Part shown: positions 1 to 7,049 of the stretch, piece by piece | Numbering within the stretch: position 1 is the first letter of the stretch | Layout of the letters: every line of letters begins with the position of its first letter | NCBI GenBank assembly: GCA_046727335.1 | Contig: JBKPCL010000008.1 | Span: 1-25,773 of the forward strand | Origin: Actinomycetota bacterium | Lineage (GTDB): Bacteria > Actinomycetota > Acidimicrobiia > IMCC26256 > PALSA-610 | Direction of reading: 5' to 3' | DNA length: 25,773 nucleotides | Made by a program: the position numbers and the translations under genes | Notes under the pieces: generated by a model | What the model saw: only the letters and a program-made list of their open reading frames with translations | Told to the model about the DNA's origin: nothing | Databases searched by the model: none

Positions 1-574
1 CGCGGGCGACGGCGACCGCGCGTGCAGGCCCGCAGACGTCGCGGAGGTCGGCCAACGTCGCGGCAACACGGTGCGGCGACTCGAACAGCACCACGGTGCT
101 GTCGGACTGTGCGATCGCGCTCAGGCGCTCGGCCCGGGCGACGCCTTTCCGCGGCAGGAAGCCTTCGAAGCGAAAGCGTCCGGACGGCAACCCCGACAGG
201 ACCAGCGCGGCCAGCAATGCGCTCGGTCCGGGCACGACCTGGACGGCCAGCCCCGCGTCGAGGCACGCGCGTACGAGCCGCTCACCGGGGTCTGCGATGC
301 CAGGAGTGCCGGCGTCGCTGACGTAGGCGACCGTCTTGCCGCTCCGGATCGCCTCGACGATCTTTGCCGCTTCCGCCCGTTCGTTGTGGGAGTGGACGGC
401 GCGCAGGCGGTTGCCTGCCGGAACGCCGGCCGCGGAGAGGAGGACGCGCGTGCGACGCGTGTCCTCGGCGGCGACAATGTCGGCCGTTCGCAGTGTCTGA
501 ATCGCGCGCGCCGACAGATCGCCGAGATTGCCGATCGGCGTCGCGACCAGGATCAACGCGCCCTGCTCCGTCAC
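1..574 (-). CDS. rsmI: 16S rRNA (cytidine1402-2'-O)-methyltransferase RsmI; N-terminal part only, the gene continues beyond window position 1
   Basis: Manual minus-strand translation from GTG at 574 gives VTEQGALILVATPIGNLGDLSARAIQTLRTADIVAAEDTRRTRVLL...VAYVSDAGTPGIADPGERLV...VPGPSALLAALVLSGLPSGRFRFEGFLP. This is the canonical tetrapyrrole-methylase/RsmI N-terminus. The frame stays open to the window edge. The track omits it because there is no in-window stop. Confidence 0.75.
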   Translation of the reverse strand, partial: MTEQGALILVATPIGNLGDLSARAIQTLRTADIVAAEDTRRTRVLLSAAGVPAGNRLRAVHSHNERAEAAKIVEAIRSGKTVAYVSDAGTPGIADPGERLVRACLDAGLAVQVVPGPSALLAALVLSGLPSGRFRFEGFLPRKGVARAERLSAIAQSDSTVVLFESPHRVAATLADLRDVCGPARAVAVAR

Positions 575-942
575 CCCCGTACCTCGACGACGTCGCCCAG
601 CTGCAGCTTCCAACGGTCGAACGCGCCGTCGGGCGCTTCGATCGCGAAGTAGGAACGCCAGACGGGTCGGGACACACGCGCGGGCTTCATGTGTGCGACG
701 TGCACCACGAACCCGTACCGGTCGCAGAACGCGACGTCGATCGGAAACTTCACGCCGAAGGTGTGCACCTGCCGGGACGGTCGCAACACGAGCACGCCTT
801 CTAGCTCATCGCGGCCCATGAGCCCTCGGCGGCGCTGCTTGCGCGTCACCGCGACTTCCGCCGCCGCGAGCACGTCCTCTCCCCGCACGAGCCAAGGCAC
901 GATCGGCTCCCTAAACGTTGAAGCGGATCTCGAGCACGTCAC
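571..942 (-). CDS. DUF192 (COG1430) family protein
   Basis: The track ORF contains RRRGLMGR...VHTFGVKFPIDVAFCDRYGFVV, typical of DUF192. Its stop TGA (573..571) overlaps the RsmI GTG start (574..572) as a GTGA junction. Its 5' end overlaps the ychF stop by ~30 nt, so the true start may lie further downstream. Confidence 0.6.
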   Translation of the reverse strand: MTCSRSASTFREPIVPWLVRGEDVLAAAEVAVTRKQRRRGLMGRDELEGVLVLRPSRQVHTFGVKFPIDVAFCDRYGFVVHVAHMKPARVSRPVWRSYFAIEAPDGAFDRWKLQLGDVVEVRG

Positions 943-1936
943 CGTCTTGGACTTCGTAGTCCTTGCCTTCCACGCGCAACCTCCCGACTTCTCTCGCCTT
1001 CGACCACGAGCCGATCTCGAGCAACTCGTCCCAGCGAATGACCTCGGCGCGGATGAAGCCGCGCTGCAAGTCCGTGTGGATCACGCCCGCGCATTCGGGC
1101 GCCTTGGCGCCGGCGCGGAACGTCCACGCGCGCGACTCTTTGTCGCCGGTGGTGAGGAAGGTACGCCGGCCGAGCAGGTGGTACGCCGCGTGCGCGACGG
1201 TGTCGAGCGCGGACTCGCCGAGCCCGTAGCTCTCGCGCATCTCCGGCCGGTCATCGGGCGCGCAGGCCGCGATCTCGGCTTCGATGTCGACGGGGACGGC
1301 GATGCCGCCGCGAAGTGCATCAGGCACGGCTGGCGCGTCCGGCTGCTCACCGGTGTTGAGCACGACGAGTATCGGCTTGGTCGTGAGGAGGAAGACCGGC
1401 GCGAGCCGCGCCTGATCGTCAGCGGTGAGGCCGCTGCGGTGAATCGGGGTTCCTTCGCCGAGGACAGCATGGGCCCGCTCGAGCGCGTCGACCTCGGCCG
1501 CGACCTCCTTGTCGCCGCTCTTGGCCGCGCGCCGCTGACGATCGAGTCGCTGCTCGACGCTGCCGAGGTCGGCCATGACGAGCTCGAGCTCGATCGCGGC
1601 GAGGTCGCCTTCCGGGTCGGCGCCGACGCCGCCTTCGTCGAACGCGCGCAGGACGACGAGGATGGCGTCGCAGTTGCGCAGAGCGCCGAGGAATTTCGCA
1701 CCGAGTCCTTCGCCGGGCTTGGCGCCGGGTGGCAGTGCAAGGTGCACGAGCTCGAAGCCGGCCGGCACGACCTTCTTGGACTTCGACATCTCGGCGAGCC
1801 GATCGAGGCGGGGATCGGGAACCGTCGCGATGCCGACGGCGGCCTCGTACTCGCTAGGTGCCGGCAGCCCGGTGAGGGCGCTGAACAAGCGGTTCGCGCC
1901 GGCACCCGTGAAGCCGACGAGACCGAGGTTTTCCAT
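911..1936 (-). CDS. ychF: YchF/Obg-family ribosome-binding ATPase homologue with degenerate P-loop (probable pseudo-ATPase)
   Basis: The 341-aa product has the YchF C-terminal TGS domain (ESRAWTFRAGAKAPECAGVIHTDLQRGFIRAEVI...GKDYEVQDGDVLEIRFNV) and the conserved middle region (PDPRLDRLAEM..., GEGLGAKFL). The G1 motif reads GLVGFTGAGANRLFSALTG, so the Walker A Lys and Ser/Thr are replaced. The G3 DxxG is replaced by HLAL. Confidence 0.85.
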   Translation of the reverse strand: MENLGLVGFTGAGANRLFSALTGLPAPSEYEAAVGIATVPDPRLDRLAEMSKSKKVVPAGFELVHLALPPGAKPGEGLGAKFLGALRNCDAILVVLRAFDEGGVGADPEGDLAAIELELVMADLGSVEQRLDRQRRAAKSGDKEVAAEVDALERAHAVLGEGTPIHRSGLTADDQARLAPVFLLTTKPILVVLNTGEQPDAPAVPDALRGGIAVPVDIEAEIAACAPDDRPEMRESYGLGESALDTVAHAAYHLLGRRTFLTTGDKESRAWTFRAGAKAPECAGVIHTDLQRGFIRAEVIRWDELLEIGSWSKAREVGRLRVEGKDYEVQDGDVLEIRFNV

Positions 1937-2019
1937 CGCTTCCGGAGGCTACCGAACCGACACCGCTAACCTTCTCCGGTTCGCGCCCGGGTCGGTGGCG
2001 CCTGAATGGAGCGTTGGCC

Positions 2020-2103
2020 GTGAGCAAGAAGACGAAGAAGCGCCGATTGAAGGCCCGCCGCAACAAGGCGAACCACGGCAAGCGCCCGCGGGCGAGCAAG
2101 TAG
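2020..2103 (+). CDS. small Lys/Arg-rich peptide (27 aa); possible ribosome-associated bS22-like small basic protein
   Basis: GTG at 2020 is preceded by GGAGCG 8 nt upstream and encodes VSKKTKKRRLKARRNKANHGKRPRASK* with TAG at 2101-2103. It lies in the intergenic gap between ychF and fetB. Its composition resembles actinobacterial bS22-type peptides. It is too short for the track. Confidence 0.35.
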   Translation: MSKKTKKRRLKARRNKANHGKRPRASK

Positions 2104-2109
2104 CGCGAC

Positions 2110-2883
2110 TCACTGGGACGGCCGCGCCGGCACGACGAGCCGGTGGTCGGCCGTGAACAACCGGCGTTGCACTCCAATACCCACCACCGCAGTCGTTGTC
2201 GCCGTCGCGCCGAGCACGAGGTACATGACCGCGGCCTGCACCTTGACCGCGGCGAGCGGTGGTGTGCCGGCGAGGATCAAGCCCGTCATCGCGCCCGGTA
2301 GGAACACGAGCCCGACGGCCTTCGTCGATTCGATCTGCGGGATCAGCGCCGTCCGCAGCGCGGCGCGCAGGTACGGCCGACCGGCGTCGGTCGACGCGAG
2401 CCCGAGCGCGAGCCTCGCTTCGACCTCGTCGCGCTTGTCACGCAACTCCTCGAGCACCCGTCGCGCGACCACGACCGTCGCGGTCATCGAATTGCCGACC
2501 ATCATCCCGGCGAGCGGTATGAGCGTACGCGGTTCGAGCGGGAACACCGACAGGCCGAACAGCACGAGGAGTGTGACTGCACCAGCTGCGGCAAACGCGG
2601 CGAGCGAGAGCGAGAACAGCGCGGGGACCTCCGGTGCGCGCCGCCGAACCGTCTCGGCTGCGAACAGCACCATGACGAAAACCCATGCCCATGACCACGC
2701 GAGATTGCGCCGCAACACGAAGTTGAGCGCAACTCCGACGAGCAACAACTGCACGACGGCGCGGACGGAGGCCCACACGATGCTGCGCTCGAGTGAGAGC
2801 CGTTCGACGAACGAGAGTCCGACGGCGACGGCCACCAGGACGACCGACCCCGCCAATCCCGTCCATCCGATGTCATTCGGCAC
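2110..2883 (-). CDS. fetB: ABC transporter permease, FetB/YbbM (UPF0014) family, putative iron export
   Basis: The 257-aa polytopic membrane protein contains ...LAGMMVGNSMTATVVVARRVLEEL..LGLASTDAGRPYLRAALRTALIPQIESTKAVGLVFLPGAMTGLILAG, characteristic of FetB/YbbM. It overlaps the upstream ATPase gene, indicating an operon. Confidence 0.8.
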   Translation of the reverse strand: MPNDIGWTGLAGSVVLVAVAVGLSFVERLSLERSIVWASVRAVVQLLLVGVALNFVLRRNLAWSWAWVFVMVLFAAETVRRRAPEVPALFSLSLAAFAAAGAVTLLVLFGLSVFPLEPRTLIPLAGMMVGNSMTATVVVARRVLEELRDKRDEVEARLALGLASTDAGRPYLRAALRTALIPQIESTKAVGLVFLPGAMTGLILAGTPPLAAVKVQAAVMYLVLGATATTTAVVGIGVQRRLFTADHRLVVPARPSQ

Positions 2884-3658
2884 GGCCGACCTCCTCGAGA
2901 AACGCCCGGGCCTCGGGCGGTGGGTTGTCCATCAGGTTGGCGAGGGGCGCGCTGTGCACGATGCGACCCGCGACGACTACGAGCACGTGATCAGCAAGAC
3001 GACGCACCTGCGCAAGGTCGTGCGTCACCCACACGACCGGCACGCCGTCGATCGCGAGCTTGCGGGCGAGCTCTTCGAGGGCGATGCGCGCGGCTGGATC
3101 GAGCGACGAGGTCACCTCGTCCATCAACACGACCTCGGGCTTCGCAGCGAGCGCACGCGCGAGGCACAAGCGCTGCGCCTCACCGCCAGACAGCTGCGTT
3201 GCGTCGCGATCCAGGAAGTCCGGACTGAGCTGCACGCGCGCGAGCAGATCCCCGGCGCCGCGGTCGTCGAGCTCGGGATCGGCGACGAGCAGATTCTGGT
3301 GGCACGTGCCCGGGAACGGCGTCGGTTTCTGGAACACCATCGCGACGTCACGGCGGAGCTGCAGCGGATCGAGCTCGGCGACGTCGGTGCCGCGGAATCG
3401 CACGACACCGCCGCTCGGCAGCTCGAGCCGGTTGCAGCAGCGCAACAGCGTCGACTTTCCCGACCCTGACGGCCCCACGAGTGTCGTGACGCCGCGCGCC
3501 TCGATCCGGCCGGATGCACCGTGGAGACGCCAGCGGTCGCCGGGCGCGGCGAGCGACACCGACTCGAAGGCGAAGAGCGGCTCGCCGTCGGCCTGCGACG
3601 TCACGCGCGGATCATCGCACGGCGTCGGCCAACCAGCGCGCGCCCTTTTCGAGCGCAA
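2873..3658 (-). CDS. fetA: ABC transporter ATP-binding protein, FetA/YbbL-like
   Basis: Walker A GPSGSGKST, ABC signature LSGGEAQR and Walker B VVLMDEVTSSLD are present. The track start at 3658 overlaps the Rrf2 gene by 47 nt. An alternative GTG start at ~3604, 7 nt after the Rrf2 stop, is more plausible. Confidence 0.85.
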   Translation of the reverse strand: MRSKRARAGWPTPCDDPRVTSQADGEPLFAFESVSLAAPGDRWRLHGASGRIEARGVTTLVGPSGSGKSTLLRCCNRLELPSGGVVRFRGTDVAELDPLQLRRDVAMVFQKPTPFPGTCHQNLLVADPELDDRGAGDLLARVQLSPDFLDRDATQLSGGEAQRLCLARALAAKPEVVLMDEVTSSLDPAARIALEELARKLAIDGVPVVWVTHDLAQVRRLADHVLVVVAGRIVHSAPLANLMDNPPPEARAFLEEVGRAE

Positions 3659-4100
3659 GCGGAGGGGCCTCGTGCAGGACGCCGAGCACGAGGTCGGCGA
3701 TGGTCGTGGCGCGCAGCTCGGCGCGCCACGCTTCGTCGGCTTGGACGAACACGCGCTGGATGCCGCACGGCCGCGGGTACTCGCGCGCGGGCAGCGCGGT
3801 CGGCCCGCGCCGGCGGATCTCGGTGCAGCGGAACGCGGGCTCGTCGCCGTCGATCGCCTCGACCACGTCGAGGATCGTGATGTCGGCAGCGGGCCGCGCC
3901 AACCGGTAGCCGCCCCGCGGGCCTTTCACTGTCTCGAGCAGGCCGGCGCGAGCGAGCGCCTGGAGGTGCTTGGCCATGTAGGCGCTCGGAACGCCGTGAT
4001 ACTCCGCGAGCTTGGCGGCCGGCAGCGCGCCGTCAGGCGGAAGCACGGCGAGGATTGTGCACGCGTGCACGCCCCACTCGACGCCGTCCGACAACCGCAT
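3612..4100 (-). CDS. Rrf2-family transcriptional regulator
   Basis: The internal ATG at ~4100 gives MRLSDGVEWGVHACTILAVLPPDGALPAAKLAEYHGVPSAYMAKHLQALARAGLLETVKGPRGGYRLARPAADITILDVVEAI, a canonical Rrf2 wHTH. The 36-codon upstream extension in the track (GTG at 4208) is unlikely to be real. The gene lies first in an operon with fetAB. Confidence 0.8.
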   Translation of the reverse strand: MRLSDGVEWGVHACTILAVLPPDGALPAAKLAEYHGVPSAYMAKHLQALARAGLLETVKGPRGGYRLARPAADITILDVVEAIDGDEPAFRCTEIRRRGPTALPAREYPRPCGIQRVFVQADEAWRAELRATTIADLVLGVLHEAPPLALEKGARWLADAVR

Positions 4101-4136
4101 ATCCCGGATAGTACATGTCTGGATTAGGCGCTTCGT

Positions 4137-4652
4137 GTGGTCGGTACGATGCGCGCCGCCATGCCACCCGTCGACGAGGTCCAGTTGCTGCCTGACCCCG
4201 AGCAGCACAAGCTGCTCGCGGCGACGCTCGAACGCGTGAACCGGGCCAGCAACGCGGCGCGCGCGACCGCGCTGCAGCGCAACACGTTCGAAGGCGCCGC
4301 GTTGCGCGAGCTCGTGAAGGAGGAGGTCGAGCGGGCCAAGTTGCCGGACGGATTGGTCCGACCGATCACCGACCGCGTTGCCGCGTCGCTGGCGCGGCGA
4401 GCCGGAAAGCAGCCGAAGTTCACGACGTACCAGTCGCTCACGATGCCGGCGTCCGCGTTCAAGTGGGGTGGCTCGGATCGAGTGACGATGTTGACCGCTG
4501 CGGGGCGCCGCACGGTTTCGGTGCGCGTCGACCGCAGCCGCGGCGATCTGCGGCCACCCCTTGCGGGCCGTCCGGCCACGCTCGTCTACCGCAACGGCGA
4601 GTTCGAGCTCCTCGCCGCCGACGTCGACCGCACCCCCGCCGACGACGAGTAG
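4137..4652 (+). pseudogene. TnpB (IS200/IS605 OrfB)-like N-terminal fragment: HTH_OrfB_IS605 and partial WED region only, with no RuvC or zinc-finger domain. Probably a truncated IS remnant.
   Basis: The 171-aa ORF reads ...EVQLLPDPEQHKLLAATLERVNRASNAARATALQRNTF..., matching the TnpB N-terminal consensus (rlyPt.eQ...L....g..RfvyN.al). It continues ...FKWGGSDRVTMLTAAGRRTVSVRV...ATLVYRNGEFELLAADVD, which is WED-like. It stops at 4652, immediately before a convergent intact hydrolase gene. No space or sequence for a RuvC domain follows. Confidence 0.5.
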
Positions 4653-4664
4653 CGGCTTGCGTCG

Positions 4665-5552
4665 TTACTTCCAGCCCGCAAGGCGCTCGAGGTAGGAGAG
4701 CATCGCTGCGGTCGTCTCCTCCGGGCGCTCCTGTTGCGTCCAGTGGCCGCAGTTCTCGATGACAATCCGCTCGAGGTTCGGCACCCGTTCCTCCATCCCC
4801 TCGCTCATTGCCGGCGTGAGCACGGGGTCATCGGTCGCGGAGATCATGAGACACGGAACGTCGATCGTGCGGTCTGCGATCGGTGCCATCAGCTCCCAGT
4901 TGCGGTCCATGTTCCGGTAGTACTCGATCGGCGGCGTCAGCGCGCCGGCCGGACGGAACGCGTCCTTGTAGACGTCGAGCACTGCGGGCGGGAACGCGTC
5001 ACTGTTGTTCGAACCCGCGGCGCCGCCGAAGATCATGTCGATGAAGTCGTCGGAGCCACGTCCCCACGACAGCACCCACTCCGCGAGCCCACGCTCTTGG
5101 AACTGGATGATGTAGATCGGCGTCTCGGCAAAGATCTGCCGAAGCAGCTGAACGGGGGGTATCGGCGTGCGCGGAAAGTCCGGCGTGTTGACACCGATCA
5201 CACCGGCGAGGCGCTCGGGATACTGCCGCGCCATCATCCACACGAGCAGCCCGCCCCAGTCGTGACCGGCGACGACTGCCTGTTCGTGCCCGAACGCATC
5301 GACGACGCCGATGAGGCACGCGTTGACCCATTCGCAGTCGTAGGTGACGTCGGGCTTGTCGGAACGGCCGTAGCCGGGAAGGTCGGGTGCGGCCGCGTGG
5401 AAACCAGCTGCGCCCAACGCCGCGACCTGGTGCCGCCACGCATATGCAAGCTCGGGAAAGCCGTGCAGCATCAGCACAAGTGGACCGTCCGGCGGACCGG
5501 CTTCGAGGCAGAACAACCGGATGCCGTTGGTCGTCACATAACGGCTGCGCAC
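4665..5552 (-). CDS. alpha/beta-fold hydrolase, epoxide-hydrolase-like
   Basis: The 295-aa product has HGFPE (oxyanion HGxP), the nucleophile elbow GHDWGG, and C-terminal ...NCGHWTQQERPEE with the catalytic His. Confidence 0.85.
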   Translation of the reverse strand: MRSRYVTTNGIRLFCLEAGPPDGPLVLMLHGFPELAYAWRHQVAALGAAGFHAAAPDLPGYGRSDKPDVTYDCEWVNACLIGVVDAFGHEQAVVAGHDWGGLLVWMMARQYPERLAGVIGVNTPDFPRTPIPPVQLLRQIFAETPIYIIQFQERGLAEWVLSWGRGSDDFIDMIFGGAAGSNNSDAFPPAVLDVYKDAFRPAGALTPPIEYYRNMDRNWELMAPIADRTIDVPCLMISATDDPVLTPAMSEGMEERVPNLERIVIENCGHWTQQERPEETTAAMLSYLERLAGWK

Positions 5553-5647
5553 GATCGCACGCTAACTGCAGCCGCGCCCCGGTGACGCGGCTGCTGCGCG
5601 GGGCTACCGTTCGCGCCGTGCCGACCGCGCGACGGTTCGATCACCAC

Positions 5648-7033
5648 ATGAGCGACGAAGACGCGCTGATGTGGAACATCGAGAAGGATCCGGTCCTGCG
5701 CTCGACGATTGTCGCCATGGCCATCTTCGAGCAAGCGCCCGACTGGGAGCGGCTGCGCACTCGCATCGACCGGGCGACCCGCCTCATCCCACGACTGCGC
5801 CAGCGCGTGCTGTCGCCACCATTGCGGCTCGGACCTCCGCGCTGGACGGTGGAACCGACGTTCGACCTCGACTTCCACTTGCGGCGCCTGCGCCTCCCTG
5901 TGCCCGGCACCTGGCGCGACTTGCTCGACACCGTGCAGCCCATCGCGGGCGCAAGTTTCGACCGCGCCCGGCCGTTGTGGGAGTTCACGCTGTTGGAAGG
6001 GCTCGAACCCGTCGACGGCGGGACGGAACGGGCGGCGTTCGTTATGAAGGTGCACCACTCCGTCACCGACGGCGTCGGCGGCATGGAGTTGCTCACCCAT
6101 CTCGTCGACTTCTCGGAGGACGCGCTCGAACCCGACGACACGCCCACCCTCGCCGAACCCGAGCCCGAACATCTCGGCGGCTTCGATCTCGTGCGCGAAT
6201 CCCTCGCGCACACGCAACGGCGCGTCTTCGGCATCGCTCGCCGCCTGCCCGGCACGATCGCCGGCGCAACGTCCGACGCGCTACGACATCCACTCCGAAC
6301 CGCGACGACCACCGCGAGCACCGCCCGTTCCATCGGGCGCACGCTGGCACCTGCGACGGGCCCCATGTCGCCGGTCATGCGCGAGCGCGGCCTCGGACGG
6401 CGTCTCGATTCCTTCGACATCGCGCTCGACGACGTGAAGCGAGCGGCGAAGGCGACGGGCGGAAGCATCAACGACGTCTTCGTCGCGTCCGTGATCGGCG
6501 GCCTGCAGCACTACCACGCTCGGCACGGCGCGGTACTCGACGCGCTCCGTATGACGCTGCCGATCAACTTGCGAACTCGCGGCGACGCGCCCGGCGGCAA
6601 CCACTTCGCGCCGGCGCGCTTCGCGATCCCCGCGAACATCGATGACCCGCGAGCGCGCGTGGAACGCGTCGGCGCGCTCGTACGCGGTTGGCGATCGGAA
6701 CCCGCGCTACAGATGACGGGAACGCTCGCGGGTGTGCTCAACCGGCTTCCCACGTCGACGACCACCGCGTTGTTCGGCACGATGCTGAAGTGCTGCGACT
6801 TCGTGACGACCAACGTGCCCGGCGCACCGATCCCGGTCTGGGCCGGTGGAGCGAAGGTCGCCGGGATGTATGCCTTCGCACCGACGGCGGGCGCGTCGAT
6901 CAACGTGTCGCTCATTTCCCACGTCGACACGTGTTGCATCGGCATGGTCACCGATACGACCGCGGTGCCCGATCCCGATGTCCTCGTCGAATGCCTGCGT
7001 ACCGGTTTCGACGAGCTGCTCGCACTCGGGTAG
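5648..7033 (+). CDS. wax ester synthase/diacylglycerol acyltransferase (WS/DGAT) family O-acyltransferase
   Basis: The internal ATG at 5648 gives MSDEDALMWNIEKDPVLRSTIVAMAIFE... with the catalytic motif HHSVTDGVGG (HHxxxDG). The 87-codon N-terminal extension of track ORF 5387 is Arg-rich and overlaps the divergent hydrolase, so it is not real. Confidence 0.85.
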   Translation: MSDEDALMWNIEKDPVLRSTIVAMAIFEQAPDWERLRTRIDRATRLIPRLRQRVLSPPLRLGPPRWTVEPTFDLDFHLRRLRLPVPGTWRDLLDTVQPIAGASFDRARPLWEFTLLEGLEPVDGGTERAAFVMKVHHSVTDGVGGMELLTHLVDFSEDALEPDDTPTLAEPEPEHLGGFDLVRESLAHTQRRVFGIARRLPGTIAGATSDALRHPLRTATTTASTARSIGRTLAPATGPMSPVMRERGLGRRLDSFDIALDDVKRAAKATGGSINDVFVASVIGGLQHYHARHGAVLDALRMTLPINLRTRGDAPGGNHFAPARFAIPANIDDPRARVERVGALVRGWRSEPALQMTGTLAGVLNRLPTSTTTALFGTMLKCCDFVTTNVPGAPIPVWAGGAKVAGMYAFAPTAGASINVSLISHVDTCCIGMVTDTTAVPDPDVLVECLRTGFDELLALG

Positions 7034-7049
7034 TCGGTATCGTGACGCG

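Noticed and set aside
689-1969. 426-aa plus-strand ORF covering the ychF locus; also 1081..1905 (-), 1575..2156 (+)
   Set aside because: They are Arg/Ala/Pro-rich low-complexity translations antisense or out of frame to a well-supported YchF gene, typical high-GC shadow ORFs.
1937-2019. Possible tRNA or small RNA in the ychF upstream gap and other intergenic gaps (12151..12236, 16811..16869, 18614..18727)
   Set aside because: No cloverleaf-compatible sequence (no GTTC-like T-arm or anticodon stem pattern) was found. The gaps look like promoter or SD regions. 18614-18727 contains the strong AGGGAGGGG SD of the giant gene.
2153-3469. 438-aa plus-strand ORF, and 3060..4127 (+), 3124..3519 (-), 3514..3909 (+)
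   Set aside because: They are antisense or alternate frames over the fetA, fetB and Rrf2 genes, with Ser/Arg/Thr-rich composition and no recognisable domain.
4012-4239. 75-aa ORF overlapping the Rrf2 N-terminus, and the 36-codon N-terminal extension of the Rrf2 ORF to 4208
   Set aside because: The Rrf2 wHTH begins at the internal Met (MRLSDGVEW...). The extension would overlap the divergent TnpB-like ORF, and ORF 4012 has no coding signature.
5387-5647. 87-codon N-terminal extension of the WS/DGAT ORF, and 5534..6217 (-), 5641..6471 (-), 5671..6645 (+)
   Set aside because: The extension is Arg-rich and overlaps the divergent hydrolase gene. The true start is MSDEDALMWN at 5648. The others are shadow ORFs.
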